The notes under the pieces were generated by a model. It ran no database searches. It had not been told where the DNA came from and was given only the letters and a program-made list of their open reading frames with translations. DNA of 64,000 bases from a virus, in IMG/VR virus record IMGVR_UViG_3300043788_000023, positions 96,001 to 160,000 of that record; one strand, 5' to 3'. Positions 1 to 10,640 of this stretch are shown piece by piece. The first letter of the stretch is position 1. Every line of letters starts with the position of its first letter. Both the position numbers and the translations under genes were made by a program.

Positions 1-442
1 CGAGGCGTGACCGTGACAACCACTGCCGGGATCGCCGAGTTCCCCATCCGTTGCCAAGCAGCCATCCTGTGATGACCATCCAGCACCGAGTAGACGCCGT
101 CTTGCTTCATCAGCCAGACAGCTTCAAACTTCTTCGTGGAGCGAATACTGGCTATCAGTTCGCTCACTTCCTTGTCAAACAATGGCGTATCCCACCGCCA
201 CTTTCCCCCGTCATTCGGGTTCCTCTGGATGTTCGCGATTGAGACCTCTTCGCGCCCTACTTCCAGACCCACCTTGAACGACAAGTACAAGGCTCGCAGG
301 TCGTACCACGCCTGCGATTGTCTTGGCGTACGATCCCCAAAAGGATCGGCATACGCCACTTCAATTGCTCCGGGGATAGCCACAATTTCCATTTGCTTCA
401 GTCCGTCGAAGCCCGGCATTTGATGCCATTCCCCGAACTCTT

Positions 443-2317
443 TTACTCAGCGGCGGCCAGCGCAAGACCCTCGTACGAGGACTTCTTGCCCTTGCTCTTT
501 TCCCTGACCTCAGCGGCAGCAGCTTCGGATTCTTCCTGCTGGTGTTGCTTGCTGAGTGCCTTCGTCGCTTCGTCAAACATGTCCGCTGCACGGAAGATTG
601 ACTCAACCGCTTCACGCACTGCACGTGTGTCGTTGACCGAGGTCAAGGACTTTGCGTCAAGGTACATCTTCTTCAGGTCGTTGCCGATCTGTTCGGATTC
701 CTTGACTGCCTTGCCAGTGGTCTTCTCGGCTGCTGTCTTTGACTGCTCGTTCAGCTTGATCGGCTCGGTGGTCTCGTGCTTGGTGATGCCTGTGTTGTCC
801 TCAAGCATGCTGTGCGCCTCACCGATTTCCGGTGTGCGACCGCCGTCCTCGTCAACTTCCATCGGCTTGTAGCTGGTGTACCAGCCGCCGCCGTAGCCCG
901 CCGCGATCTTTTCAACCTGCTCAGCGATGATCCTGAGAGCAGATTCCTTCTTGTTGTGGATTGACCAAGCCGTGGCGTATGCCTTGCTCTTGTCGCCGGG
1001 GTATTCCTTCTTCAGCTTGTGCATCAATTCTTCACTGATGCCCGGAGGGGTGACGCCGACCTTCACAGAGGCGGACATCGGAGTCGGAGTCTCGTGCATC
1101 TCGTTCGGAAAGTCCACGGAGCCAGGGACGCCATGCTCTTCCTGTTCCTGCATGCTCGGCTTTCCGCCAGTCGGGCGGACGCCTTCTCCGGTGAGTTTGT
1201 AATCTTGGATGCGATAGTCGTCAGCGGTCTTTTCCTCTTCAAGGGCTGCAACGCTCAAGCCACCGAAACCGATGGTTGCCTTTTCAGGAGTTGCGGGAGC
1301 CTGCTTGGGGGCAGCCGGAGTCGGATTCGCACTCGGACGGGAAGATGACGGGCTGATGCTGGTGCTGGAAGATGAGCTTCCACCGTCATTCACCCTGTGG
1401 TCGCCGAGGTCTGCCTTCTTTTTGGCTGACGCTGCAACTGGACCCGGAACTGGTGCCGCAGCCGGAACCGGGGCGGGAGCCGCTGGGGCTGCACCTTCGG
1501 CTGGCTCTGCTGGAAGAACCGGACGGGACTTCAGGATTTCTGTCAACTGCACAACCGCATCCTGCTTGCCCTTGTTCTGGGCGAAGTCGTCTTCCTTCGG
1601 AAGATCGCCGATGACCTTGATGAGGGTCTCGGTCGGGATGAAGTCAATCGGGTTTGAACCGCCTGCTGCGGGAGCCGGAATTGGTTCTGGTGTGGGTGCT
1701 ACGGGGGCTGCTGCCATTGGTTCCTCGGGGACTGCTTCCTTCTTTTTCTTTGCTACACGGGGGACTTCAAGCTTCTCGGGAGCCTTGGCTTCGCCCTTCT
1801 CATCGCGATCGGTGGAGAATGCTGCGCCACCATCTGCGTTCTTCTTGCTTGCGTGAATCGGTTCGGCGATGGGACGGAGGCTGTTCTTCATGTTGGGGTC
1901 AAACTGGTACTGACCCGATTCTGTTGCTCCGCTCGGGTACTGATCTGCTCCGTGCTGATAAACAGCCGAATCGGGAACGTTGCCGACTCCCGGTTGGCGC
2001 TGCGCTTTGACGATTTTCAGAATCATATCAACCTCGTTTTTGAGCTTCCTTGCTTCCTCCGGCTTCACGGCATCATCCATGTAGTCCGAGATGCTCGACA
2101 CGCCGTCCTGCTTCATCTGCTGTGGATTCGCTTTCAGAATCCGTGACATGTGAGCAACGGCGTTTTCAATCTGTTCAATGCTGGGGTCGTTCGGGTTGGA
2201 CTCCATCAGGGTCTCAACCGCCATGTTGGCCCGGTTGATGGCTTCCTGAACCGTCCTCACGGACACCAACACTGTTGACTTCTTCCTGCGTCCAGCGATG
2301 AACTTAGACTTTGCCAT
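443..2317 (-). CDS. Low-complexity Pro/Ala/Glu/Lys-rich virion-associated protein (possible internal head or scaffold protein)
   Basis: 624-aa ORF downstream of the sheath gene; disordered composition with recurring K-x-A motifs; AGGAAG RBS. Confidence 0.55.
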   Translation of the reverse strand: MAKSKFIAGRRKKSTVLVSVRTVQEAINRANMAVETLMESNPNDPSIEQIENAVAHMSRILKANPQQMKQDGVSSISDYMDDAVKPEEARKLKNEVDMILKIVKAQRQPGVGNVPDSAVYQHGADQYPSGATESGQYQFDPNMKNSLRPIAEPIHASKKNADGGAAFSTDRDEKGEAKAPEKLEVPRVAKKKKEAVPEEPMAAAPVAPTPEPIPAPAAGGSNPIDFIPTETLIKVIGDLPKEDDFAQNKGKQDAVVQLTEILKSRPVLPAEPAEGAAPAAPAPVPAAAPVPGPVAASAKKKADLGDHRVNDGGSSSSSTSISPSSSRPSANPTPAAPKQAPATPEKATIGFGGLSVAALEEEKTADDYRIQDYKLTGEGVRPTGGKPSMQEQEEHGVPGSVDFPNEMHETPTPMSASVKVGVTPPGISEELMHKLKKEYPGDKSKAYATAWSIHNKKESALRIIAEQVEKIAAGYGGGWYTSYKPMEVDEDGGRTPEIGEAHSMLEDNTGITKHETTEPIKLNEQSKTAAEKTTGKAVKESEQIGNDLKKMYLDAKSLTSVNDTRAVREAVESIFRAADMFDEATKALSKQHQQEESEAAAAEVREKSKGKKSSYEGLALAAAE

Positions 2318-2326
2318 TCGTCTTCC

Positions 2327-2773
2327 TTAAACCGTGGTGTCAGGAATCACAGGCACAAGCGTGTTGCTACGAAGTTGCATCATCGCCTGTGCAATACGCC
2401 CTGACCCTGCCATCATCATAACGTTCGCCCAAGCCGTTGCCGCTTCACTCGGGTTCGTGGTAATGCAATCAAGCGGTCCCTGAATCGGGGCTGGTTGATT
2501 CGGATTCACAGTGCCCGGCAGCGCTTCCATGAAGCGCACCGTGAAGCTTGACATCTGCGTCGTTACGCCCACCCACTGTTCCGTTAGCGGGAACTGGAAT
2601 GTGAACGATGGATTCTGCGGGTCAGCAAAAGTGCCCGCGATGTTCACAACCGGGTCGCCAAAAGCCGCAATCTTCGCCTTGTCAGACGCGTCTGTGGGAT
2701 CGCCAACGAACAACGCCTGAAGCGTTACGCTAATGACCCCGTTAGCCTGTGCAACCACTGCGTGAATCTTCAT
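2327..2773 (-). CDS. Hypothetical structural protein
   Basis: 148-aa ORF with GGGAG RBS, co-oriented in the sheath operon. Confidence 0.6.
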   Translation of the reverse strand: MKIHAVVAQANGVISVTLQALFVGDPTDASDKAKIAAFGDPVVNIAGTFADPQNPSFTFQFPLTEQWVGVTTQMSSFTVRFMEALPGTVNPNQPAPIQGPLDCITTNPSEAATAWANVMMMAGSGRIAQAMMQLRSNTLVPVIPDTTV

Positions 2774-2791
2774 CCGTTAGCTCCCAAGAGA

Positions 2792-5700
2792 TTACAGGCT
2801 CGTCTGCACCGTGAAGGTCACGCTCAAGTAGAGCAAGCTGAAGATCGGCTTGAACGTTACCGTGACGTCAACCTCGGTCGGGTCGTTCGGGTTCTGCCTG
2901 ACCACGAGGCTCTGATAAGCAGCCACGATCTGCAAGTCAACCAAGTTCTTGAGCAGGCTGTTGCTGACCACCGTGATGTCGGTAACGAGGCTGTCAACCA
3001 GCTTGCGACCGATGAACTGTGCGAGAGTTGAGCGGAACTGCTGTGCGACGTAGTCCGCGATTGTCGTTGATGTCGGTTCGGATACGAGAACGCTTGACGG
3101 ATCGGTCGTCTTGTAGTGACGGATGAGCAGGCTGCCGTTGTTGTTGAGAACGAACGTCAATCCATTCGCTGCGCCCAGGTCCATCGTCGGGTTGTCAAGA
3201 GTGATGAGCAGGCGGCTGAATCCGACCAAGTTCTGGTTGGTCAGCGTGGTTGCCACATCGTTCGCCGGGTTGCAGTTCAAACCTGCCATTGCGGCTCCGA
3301 TGAACGGTCCGTCAACCAAGTACTCAATCGCGACGCCCGTGACTGGGTTCGTGATGAGGATGCCCGCCGCAACGTTGCCCATTGCGATCATGCGCTGGCT
3401 GAGCAGGCTGCTTGCGTTTGCGTTTGCCTGTGCCGGAGAAGTGAACTGGCTGTAGCCGACGAAGCCGATTGCCTCACCCTTGTAGCGTGCGGTCGCCTGC
3501 GTTGTAAGCTGGCGGCTGAGCGCTTGGTGAACTGTCGGGTCGTTGCTCAGTGGAGCCACGACGTCAGCCTTGCGGTTCAAGCCCGGAAGGTTGGATGTCA
3601 ATTGCTGAAGTGCCGCGATGTAGTCGCTGGCGGCAGCCACGTTCGTGCCGGGCTGTACCGGGACTTGGATCGCACCGAAAGTCTGCACACCGTTCAGCGC
3701 CATCAACTGGATACCCAGCGAGAGGCGGTTGATCGTGGACGGCTGACCGTAGTTTGCGTAAGCGTCCGAGGGGCGTGTGTAGAGCTTCAGGGCGTAGTCC
3801 GAAGCAACCTTGTTCGTCGTGAAGGTCACGAAGTAGAAGGTGCCGATTGCCGGGCCATCACCGCTGCCACGGAAGGTGCTCACGATGACCGTGTCGCCTG
3901 TCGTGGAGTTGAAGTTGCTGACGACTTCCATGTTCAAGCCAGCGATCGCGATTGCGTTGTTGCTGTATGCCGGAGCGATGCCCGGAGTACCGCAGTTGCG
4001 GGTTGCTGCGCTTGCGCCGGAGGCGTCCTTCTTCACAACGTATTGAAGCGTGTCGCCCGGAGCGTATTCGTAGGCTGCCGGGATGGACGTGATGCCGTAT
4101 GCTACGTGGTCGTCCGTGCGGACGATGGTCACACGGAAGCCAGTCTTGGCGTCAATGTAGGTCTGGTTGAGGTAGCCGATGCCAGCAGAACCCGCTGCGC
4201 CTGCGGTTGAAGACACCGTGTAGCTGTGGGTCACGGGGGCGAAAGTGCCGTCCGTGCCGCCAGTCAGGTTCGTTGCCGCGGTCGTGCTTGCGTTGCCAGT
4301 CAGCGTGCCGGAGCCGACCAAGAGAATCTGTCCACCGCTTGCCGTTTCGGCAGAGGGGAAGTTCGCAATGATCTGGTTCAGCGTCAGAGGCGTGCCAGCG
4401 TAGTTTGAGTAGATCGTGACGAGGTCGCCGGACACAACCACCGGGATCGGGTTGATCGTGACGTTGTCAATTGCGATCTGGACGTTGTTGCCGCTCGTGC
4501 CGGGGATCGTAGCCGTGAAGTGCAGCGTGCCTGCGCCCTGAACCAGCGCGAGGGTTGCTTGCACCGCAGGGATGACGACTGCGTTGCCGTCGTTACGGAA
4601 GGTCAGGGTGACTGTTTCGTCAACCGCTGCGCCAGCCGCCGCTTGTGCGTCGCCAGTCTGGTACGGGCTGTCAAAGCTCACTGTGTTCGGGTAGAGGACG
4701 CCAGTCGTTGCAAAGCCGCCAGCCGCCACCGTGTTGGTGCCGCCCTGTACGAGCGGAGCGATGCGACCGAGTTCGTCCTTGATCTGGTAGGTGCCGAGAC
4801 CGACGAAGCCAGAGTTGATGACCGTGACCGTGTACTGGTGCGAGGTGATCGTGTTGCGGTAGTACGATGCCCACACGCCTACTGGTTCGCCGGGCTGGCT
4901 GCTGCCGCTGTTAGACGGCTGCGGTGCGTTGAACAGGGTAACCTGCTGCGCCGAACCGTTGAGCGATGCGACTGCCACTGCGCCAGCTTCAAAAGCTGCC
5001 AGAGGGTCGGAACCGACGTAGACCTGAATGAGTGCCGGGTTGTCCGTGGTCTTACCGGAACCGCTGCCATCAGTCGGTGTGTCCAGCAAGGTGAAGACCG
5101 AGTTGCGGCCATTCACTGCACCCGCTGCCGGACGGAGGTAAACTTTCTCGTCCACGAGGGATGTGAGAATTTCTGACGGGGTGAAGTTCGCAAGCTCGCC
5201 AGCGGAAGAAGCTCCGATTGCTTCGCTTACGTTGTTGCCCCAGTTGACCGTGTTCGCCACGATGTTGCCGTGGGAATCAACGGCGGTGCCGAGGACGTAG
5301 TCAACGCCTTGGCGGAAGTCGCTGCGGTTCGGTCCGAGACCGACTTGAATGATCGAGGCGACGTTAGAGCTTGGGAGCAGGTCAAACGTGTTCTGCCACG
5401 TGTTGTAGTAATAGGTGAACGTCAGGGTTGCGCCAAACGGAACCGGGTTCGCCAGAGTGATCTGACCGAGAGCGCCGTTGACTGCTGAGACCGTTGCCAC
5501 AACGCCGTTGACCTGTGCGGTCACGAGCGCCGGGTTGGTTGTGGTCACGCCGCCGTTGGTACCGTCCACGATTGGGAAGTTGTTCACGACGAACAGGGTG
5601 TTGCTGCCCGGACCAGAGCCGCCAGCAAAAGGAACTGCTGCGCCTGCGGCGATCACTGTGGTCTGAACGCCTGCCAAAGCCTTCACTGTGAGGTAGCCGC

Positions 5701-6433
5701 CGTCAAGCGTCGGGATGCCTGCGGAAACAAGGCTCACGAGATTGGCGAGGGTGCGAACCGGGGTGGAGATGGAATTTGAATTGATGTTGATCGTGATTGC
5801 GTCGGTGCCTGCACCGCTTACAGCCTGTGAGTCCGGCACGTTCGCGCCAGCGATGAACTGGAGTGTTACGAGGTTTCCGGTTGAACCGGGGTTGCTGAGG
5901 CTCAGCGTGACAGTGTTGCCACCGCTGCCCACAACCAGTGTTGCGTACTGCGGAACGTCTGCGGTGTGATCTTCGTTCGTGACGAGAGTGTCGCCGCGCT
6001 TGAAGAAATAGTCAATCGTGAGATCAGTTCCGACCGGGATGATGTCTTGAGTAGTGAATGCGCCAGTTGCGCCGTTGAGGCTGATGACAGTGACAGGGAC
6101 GATGTTCCCGTTGGAGTATACTGCCTGAACCTGAATCTTGCTTGGGTCGTTCGTCGTGACGCCCTTGCCGGAGCCGTCAGTGACGGGGGCGTAGGTCGTG
6201 ACGAAGCTTTGCGTTAGTCCTGTGACTTGGTCGGAGATGTTCTCGTTGACCGACTGGTCGTCCTGCACCGGAGAGGAGCCACGGAACAGTTCGAAGTTGC
6301 TGGTCGTGAAGAATTGGACGCCTTCTCCGATGATGACCGGGATGCGGGCAGTGCCCGTCGCAGTCGCCGTGTTGGAGACGAAAATCTCGGTCGTGTAAAC
6401 GCCCGGAGGTGCATAGCTAGTGAAAAGTGCCAT
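2792..6433 (-). CDS. Contractile tail sheath protein with large beta-rich insertions
   Basis: N-terminal YAPPGVYTTE motif; C-terminal sheath domain (IADYVAQQFRSTLAQFIGRK...DPTEVDVTVTFKPIFSLLYLSVTF). Confidence 0.9.
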   Translation of the reverse strand: MALFTSYAPPGVYTTEIFVSNTATATGTARIPVIIGEGVQFFTTSNFELFRGSSPVQDDQSVNENISDQVTGLTQSFVTTYAPVTDGSGKGVTTNDPSKIQVQAVYSNGNIVPVTVISLNGATGAFTTQDIIPVGTDLTIDYFFKRGDTLVTNEDHTADVPQYATLVVGSGGNTVTLSLSNPGSTGNLVTLQFIAGANVPDSQAVSGAGTDAITININSNSISTPVRTLANLVSLVSAGIPTLDGGYLTVKALAGVQTTVIAAGAAVPFAGGSGPGSNTLFVVNNFPIVDGTNGGVTTTNPALVTAQVNGVVATVSAVNGALGQITLANPVPFGATLTFTYYYNTWQNTFDLLPSSNVASIIQVGLGPNRSDFRQGVDYVLGTAVDSHGNIVANTVNWGNNVSEAIGASSAGELANFTPSEILTSLVDEKVYLRPAAGAVNGRNSVFTLLDTPTDGSGSGKTTDNPALIQVYVGSDPLAAFEAGAVAVASLNGSAQQVTLFNAPQPSNSGSSQPGEPVGVWASYYRNTITSHQYTVTVINSGFVGLGTYQIKDELGRIAPLVQGGTNTVAAGGFATTGVLYPNTVSFDSPYQTGDAQAAAGAAVDETVTLTFRNDGNAVVIPAVQATLALVQGAGTLHFTATIPGTSGNNVQIAIDNVTINPIPVVVSGDLVTIYSNYAGTPLTLNQIIANFPSAETASGGQILLVGSGTLTGNASTTAATNLTGGTDGTFAPVTHSYTVSSTAGAAGSAGIGYLNQTYIDAKTGFRVTIVRTDDHVAYGITSIPAAYEYAPGDTLQYVVKKDASGASAATRNCGTPGIAPAYSNNAIAIAGLNMEVVSNFNSTTGDTVIVSTFRGSGDGPAIGTFYFVTFTTNKVASDYALKLYTRPSDAYANYGQPSTINRLSLGIQLMALNGVQTFGAIQVPVQPGTNVAAASDYIAALQQLTSNLPGLNRKADVVAPLSNDPTVHQALSRQLTTQATARYKGEAIGFVGYSQFTSPAQANANASSLLSQRMIAMGNVAAGILITNPVTGVAIEYLVDGPFIGAAMAGLNCNPANDVATTLTNQNLVGFSRLLITLDNPTMDLGAANGLTFVLNNNGSLLIRHYKTTDPSSVLVSEPTSTTIADYVAQQFRSTLAQFIGRKLVDSLVTDITVVSNSLLKNLVDLQIVAAYQSLVVRQNPNDPTEVDVTVTFKPIFSLLYLSVTFTVQTSL

Positions 6434-6498
6434 AGTTTCCTCGTCAAAAGGACTTCATCCAAGGAGACGAAAGTCCAAAAATGTAGTCGTTCCCGTGC

Positions 6499-6852
6499 TT
6501 ACCGCTCTGTCGGCTCGGGGGTTTTCACGAAGTCGAGTTTCCGGTCGTGAGCCTTGAAACCCTCGGTCGTCCATTCCAACCCCTTCTTGCCGCTCTTCTC
6601 ACGAATCTTGTCCCGCTCGGCTTTCTTGTCGTGTATCCGTTGCCAGCGCTGATTCGCGTCCTTGCCTATCGCTACGTCCTGCGTCATGTTTTGCATGCCG
6701 CTGGTCGCAATGCCGGGAGCCACAAGGATCACGTGTTCCGAGTCTTTTCCGCACCGAGGACATGAAAGCGTATCAGGCAAGCGTTTGTGGATTGACTGAA
6801 TGTGCTCCTGAACCACGCCGCAAGACTGACACTGATAGTCGTAAGTAGGCAC
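6499..6852 (-). CDS. FmdB-like zinc-ribbon protein
   Basis: MPTYDYQCQSCG...CPRCG signature. Confidence 0.8.
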   Translation of the reverse strand: MPTYDYQCQSCGVVQEHIQSIHKRLPDTLSCPRCGKDSEHVILVAPGIATSGMQNMTQDVAIGKDANQRWQRIHDKKAERDKIREKSGKKGLEWTTEGFKAHDRKLDFVKTPEPTER

Positions 6853-6858
6853 GTTTCC

Positions 6859-8751
6859 TTACCTGTAGGACGGGATGAAAATCTCGGAACCGAAAGCCTT
6901 CATCCTCGGAGCCATCTGTAATTTACCCAGAAAGTCGGTTTCCACTAGCGTTTCCGCGATCTCAAAATGAGTCAGGCGCGTCACGAGGGGAATATAGACC
7001 TTCCAGTCGGCTGCCGCCGAGACGGTGACGGTGTTGACGTACGTTGGCGCGGTGGCGCTGGTGTCACGGGCTTGCCCCGTGAAGCTGCGGTTGGTCTCAA
7101 AGATCGTGAGTCCATCCGCCTCAGTATCAATACGGCGCATGATGAGAAGCTCACGTTTGATCATTTCTGCGAGGTCGGATGACGTTTGCAGGTCGTTCGC
7201 CTTGACTTCCAGCGTGAACGACAGGTTCTCCTTGGAACCGAATACCTCGTATGTCTCGCAAAGTCCGGGGCTTACGATGATGGCGCACTGATCGCCCACC
7301 ACCACGTTGTCGCCAATGGCGAGGCGCAAGCCCGGCAAGATGGGCTGCTGCTGCCCATTGATAAGGAGCGGCTGCCCGGCGCTGGTCTGCACGACGTTCG
7401 TAAGCTCGGACGGGTCGGCGTTCTGCACGAAGCTCGCCGAGATCGGCTGAGCGAGTACGTTGCCCTGCTCGTCCACACGGGCGTAGGTGATCGTGTTCGG
7501 GTCTACCTGCGAGAGGTTGTTGATCTCCCACTTCTTAGCCGATGCTTTGACCTCCCCGGAGTCAATACGCACCTCCCAGCGGAGGAAGTCGCCCGGCTGG
7601 AGGAGTTGGGGGATGAGCAAGGAACCGTTCGCCTGCGGGATCGGGTTCGTGAAGCTGCCAGCCGGGGTGTTGATGAACACCTGGCCTGGCGCGAGGGTCT
7701 CGTTCGGGCCGAGGTTGACCTGAAGGTAGTTCTCGGGCATGATCCCTACTGCGTTGACAGGATTGACTTTAACCACCATGTTCGCTGTGATCGTGGAGCC
7801 TGCCGGGGTGTATTGGGACAAATTTACCCATTGAGGCCCCTGAAAAACGTAGTCAATGCCGGGACGCAGGTCGTAGCCGTCTTGGTCGGTCAAAGCCACT
7901 GAAATATAAGGACTTGGGATGTTGGCAAGCTGGCTGCCGGACACCGTCTTCTGGACGATGACGGCGCTCTCCGTGCGCTGGTACCAGAAATCCGTCAAGG
8001 GCGTCAGGGATTGCCCTGCAAGGGGCACAGCGGCGCTGTAGGGCGACCATGCGGCGGGATTGGTGCTAGGAGTCACTCCGGTGCTCTGTGCGGCTGCCAA
8101 GTAGGCTGCCCCGAGGTAGGTGACCGCCGTGCCGGGCGCATAGGTGAGCGTGGCGTTCCAAGCTGGGGAGTTTAGCCCGCTGTTGTACGTGCAGGCAAGC
8201 TGCTGGGTCGGCGTCACGAGGTATGCGAAGCCGCCCGAGGTCTGGTTGAACGTCTTCGCCACGACCGGAGTGCTGGTCGCGGAGTCCGAGAAGCTAACGG
8301 TGTTGAGGTCAATGCCGGGACGGAAGTTCACCACCGTGCCGGACGCCTGCGCCAGTTTGTCTTCAACCCAGCGGTACTTGTGGACGGTCAGTCCGAGGTC
8401 ACGTGTCTTGTCGTCAAAGAAATCTACGTTGAGGTAGTAAACGCCAGCCGGAGGATTCTGGTTCGTGGGATCAACCTCACGAGTCCATTCAATGAACTGC
8501 CCGTCCTTGTCGCCGACCTTCGCAAGGATGGCACGACCGATCTGCGTACACATGAAATAAGCTGGAGAGAGGCGGTTACCGGAGGTCGTGACGCTGGTGA
8601 TTGAAACCCACACATCGCCCCAACGCATGATGGTGTTGGCGGGAAACGTAACTTTGCCGAGGGTGTTCTTCCAACGTGGGTTGCGATCCACGATGTCGCG
8701 GATCACACGCATGAGATAATTGATTAGATTTGCGCCAGTAAGGTCAATCAT
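6859..8751 (-). CDS. Putative tail completion/terminator protein with an inserted CBM5/12-like motif
   Basis: 630 aa between neck genes and sheath; contains AWNATLTYAPGTAVTYLG...PAAW carbohydrate-binding-like motif; function inferred from position. Confidence 0.5.
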   Translation of the reverse strand: MIDLTGANLINYLMRVIRDIVDRNPRWKNTLGKVTFPANTIMRWGDVWVSITSVTTSGNRLSPAYFMCTQIGRAILAKVGDKDGQFIEWTREVDPTNQNPPAGVYYLNVDFFDDKTRDLGLTVHKYRWVEDKLAQASGTVVNFRPGIDLNTVSFSDSATSTPVVAKTFNQTSGGFAYLVTPTQQLACTYNSGLNSPAWNATLTYAPGTAVTYLGAAYLAAAQSTGVTPSTNPAAWSPYSAAVPLAGQSLTPLTDFWYQRTESAVIVQKTVSGSQLANIPSPYISVALTDQDGYDLRPGIDYVFQGPQWVNLSQYTPAGSTITANMVVKVNPVNAVGIMPENYLQVNLGPNETLAPGQVFINTPAGSFTNPIPQANGSLLIPQLLQPGDFLRWEVRIDSGEVKASAKKWEINNLSQVDPNTITYARVDEQGNVLAQPISASFVQNADPSELTNVVQTSAGQPLLINGQQQPILPGLRLAIGDNVVVGDQCAIIVSPGLCETYEVFGSKENLSFTLEVKANDLQTSSDLAEMIKRELLIMRRIDTEADGLTIFETNRSFTGQARDTSATAPTYVNTVTVSAAADWKVYIPLVTRLTHFEIAETLVETDFLGKLQMAPRMKAFGSEIFIPSYR

Positions 8752-8784
8752 CAGATTCCCCTACAAAGGCGTGAGAAAGGTGGA

Positions 8785-9306
8785 TTACCAACCGCCAGAG
8801 ACGCCGCTGCCGCCAGTGCTGTAGCCGCCCTTGCCTTCTTCGTGATTGTAGCTCTCCGGGTTGTCCACGATCTTGACGGGCGTGGAGCCGTAGTCAACGC
8901 CGGGTGCGGGAGCCGGGATGAAGACCTGCACAGGCTCGACCCACTGTTCGATTGAACGACGGACGTCGTTGATGCTGACCTGTGCGTTGATACGGGGATA
9001 CCAGCGGTTCTCAATGTGGACGATGCCCTGCCACGGATAGTCAAGGATGTTCCACTGGCTGCCGTCCTTGGCTTGGAACGTAGCGCCGGGGATCATGTAA
9101 GCGAAGAACATCTCGTCGCCTTCAATGGGCGAGAGAGGATTTGCAAGCTGCGTGTTGCCGGGGTTCGGCTTGAACTGTGCGAACGGGCTGGAGCGATAGT
9201 CATCCGGGTCGCCCACCATGGACTGAAGTTCCGGGTTCCCGTTGGGAATATCGGATTCGTCCAGTACGCGTGCCACTTTTGCGAGTTCGTTTGCGTCAAA
9301 AGCCAT
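8785..9306 (-). CDS. Hypothetical protein
   Basis: Start MAFDANE at 9306 with AGAGAGG RBS, inside the 8785..9492 ORF. Confidence 0.6.
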   Translation of the reverse strand: MAFDANELAKVARVLDESDIPNGNPELQSMVGDPDDYRSSPFAQFKPNPGNTQLANPLSPIEGDEMFFAYMIPGATFQAKDGSQWNILDYPWQGIVHIENRWYPRINAQVSINDVRRSIEQWVEPVQVFIPAPAPGVDYGSTPVKIVDNPESYNHEEGKGGYSTGGSGVSGGW

Positions 9307-9343
9307 AGAGGTGCCTCTCTTTAATGCAGGCGGTAGTTCCGAT

Positions 9344-10636
9344 TTACGTCTGAATCTTGCCAAACTCCACCGTCTTACCAATCGGGATGTTCGGGTTCTC
9401 CCAGTCCTTGCCCCCCGGAACAGCCGGGACGGTGCGTGGGTCAAACACGGGCTGTCCTGTGCCAGTGCCATTCTTCGGGTCAGGACGCACAATCGGGTTG
9501 TACAGGGTCGGCAGGCTGTTGTAGTTCCTGCGGATCATAGCCGAGGCAGCCAAGTATCGGGTGTCGCCGGGCGAGAGAAGCTCAACGACGAAGTCCTGCT
9601 GCAAGATGATACCCCGAGGCATCTTGTACACCACGTCGCTGACGACCATGATGTCGCCGTTGGCACGGAGGATCAGGTCGCCATTCTGGATGATCGGCGT
9701 GCGTGTCATGTAGCTGCGTGAGGTGCGTGTCGTCTTGATGCCGCCCTCGTCAAGGATGCGATTGAGAGCGGAGTCGGGCGGGACGAACAGAAAATCGTAC
9801 GGTCCATGATAGCCCCCGACGAACCCTGTTTCAAAGCACACGGGGCACCCAGTCTTGGGTTGCTCGCTGCCGAAGATGCAGCCGCAATGCTCTCCACGCC
9901 ACATGCGGAAGAAGCATAGTGCTGGCTCCCCAGTCGTCTCAAACAGATATTGGTTGCGGCGCACCATCTCTTCAAATTCCCAACTGATGTTGTCCACTTC
10001 CTGCGTGTTCTTGACGACGGTGCCAGGTGCGCCAGGTGGGTGAAGCTCGCCACGGTCGCCCACGGGCACGACGGTGTAGTAAGTGCGGTTGATGGCTGTG
10101 TAGATGTCAACGAAGTTCGTGAGCTTATTGAAGATCGCCTGCCAAGTCTTCACGCCGTTGTAATCCGTCACGTTGACGTTCCCGGTGTTCGCCTGCGCGG
10201 TGTCGGACACGGCTCCGCCCGGCTTCAGCGTGTTGTCAATCAGCATCGTCACCGTACGGTCAAAACTGTTCACGGATGTCGGTCGGCGAGTCACGCCATC
10301 GGTGATGATCATCACATCGTCCGGGCTGTTGGTCGCAGTGACACGCCCCGACTTCACGGTCGTGTACGGCGTTTCGGGCAGGCGGATAACCCATTGCCCG
10401 ATCTCGCCCTTCTCAATGAAGTCAGACGGCTGCACATCGTACGTCACCTGCGTCAGCACAGTCATGTCACGGTAGAAATGCCCAGTGTGCGGAGCCTGAT
10501 TCAGCTTGACCCAGTTGGACGGATGATCGTAAGCACGGTAGATGTTGTAGCCCTTGGTTGAATCATGGCTATCCGCCCACCACAAATCGTGCGAGCCGAC
10601 GAGACCGGAATCAATGAGTAGAAGGTTTGTGACCAA
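9344..10636 (-). CDS. Putative head-closure/neck protein
   Basis: 430 aa; CxC...CxxC...GFxGGY motif typical of neck proteins in large myophages; synteny. Confidence 0.55.
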   Translation of the reverse strand: MVTNLLLIDSGLVGSHDLWWADSHDSTKGYNIYRAYDHPSNWVKLNQAPHTGHFYRDMTVLTQVTYDVQPSDFIEKGEIGQWVIRLPETPYTTVKSGRVTATNSPDDVMIITDGVTRRPTSVNSFDRTVTMLIDNTLKPGGAVSDTAQANTGNVNVTDYNGVKTWQAIFNKLTNFVDIYTAINRTYYTVVPVGDRGELHPPGAPGTVVKNTQEVDNISWEFEEMVRRNQYLFETTGEPALCFFRMWRGEHCGCIFGSEQPKTGCPVCFETGFVGGYHGPYDFLFVPPDSALNRILDEGGIKTTRTSRSYMTRTPIIQNGDLILRANGDIMVVSDVVYKMPRGIILQQDFVVELLSPGDTRYLAASAMIRRNYNSLPTLYNPIVRPDPKNGTGTGQPVFDPRTVPAVPGGKDWENPNIPIGKTVEFGKIQT

Positions 10637-10640
10637 AGCT

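Noticed and set aside
3116-5176. Long plus-strand ORFs antisense to the sheath gene (and similar ones opposite other genes)
   Set aside because: Antisense shadows from high-GC codon bias; no RBS or recognisable motifs.
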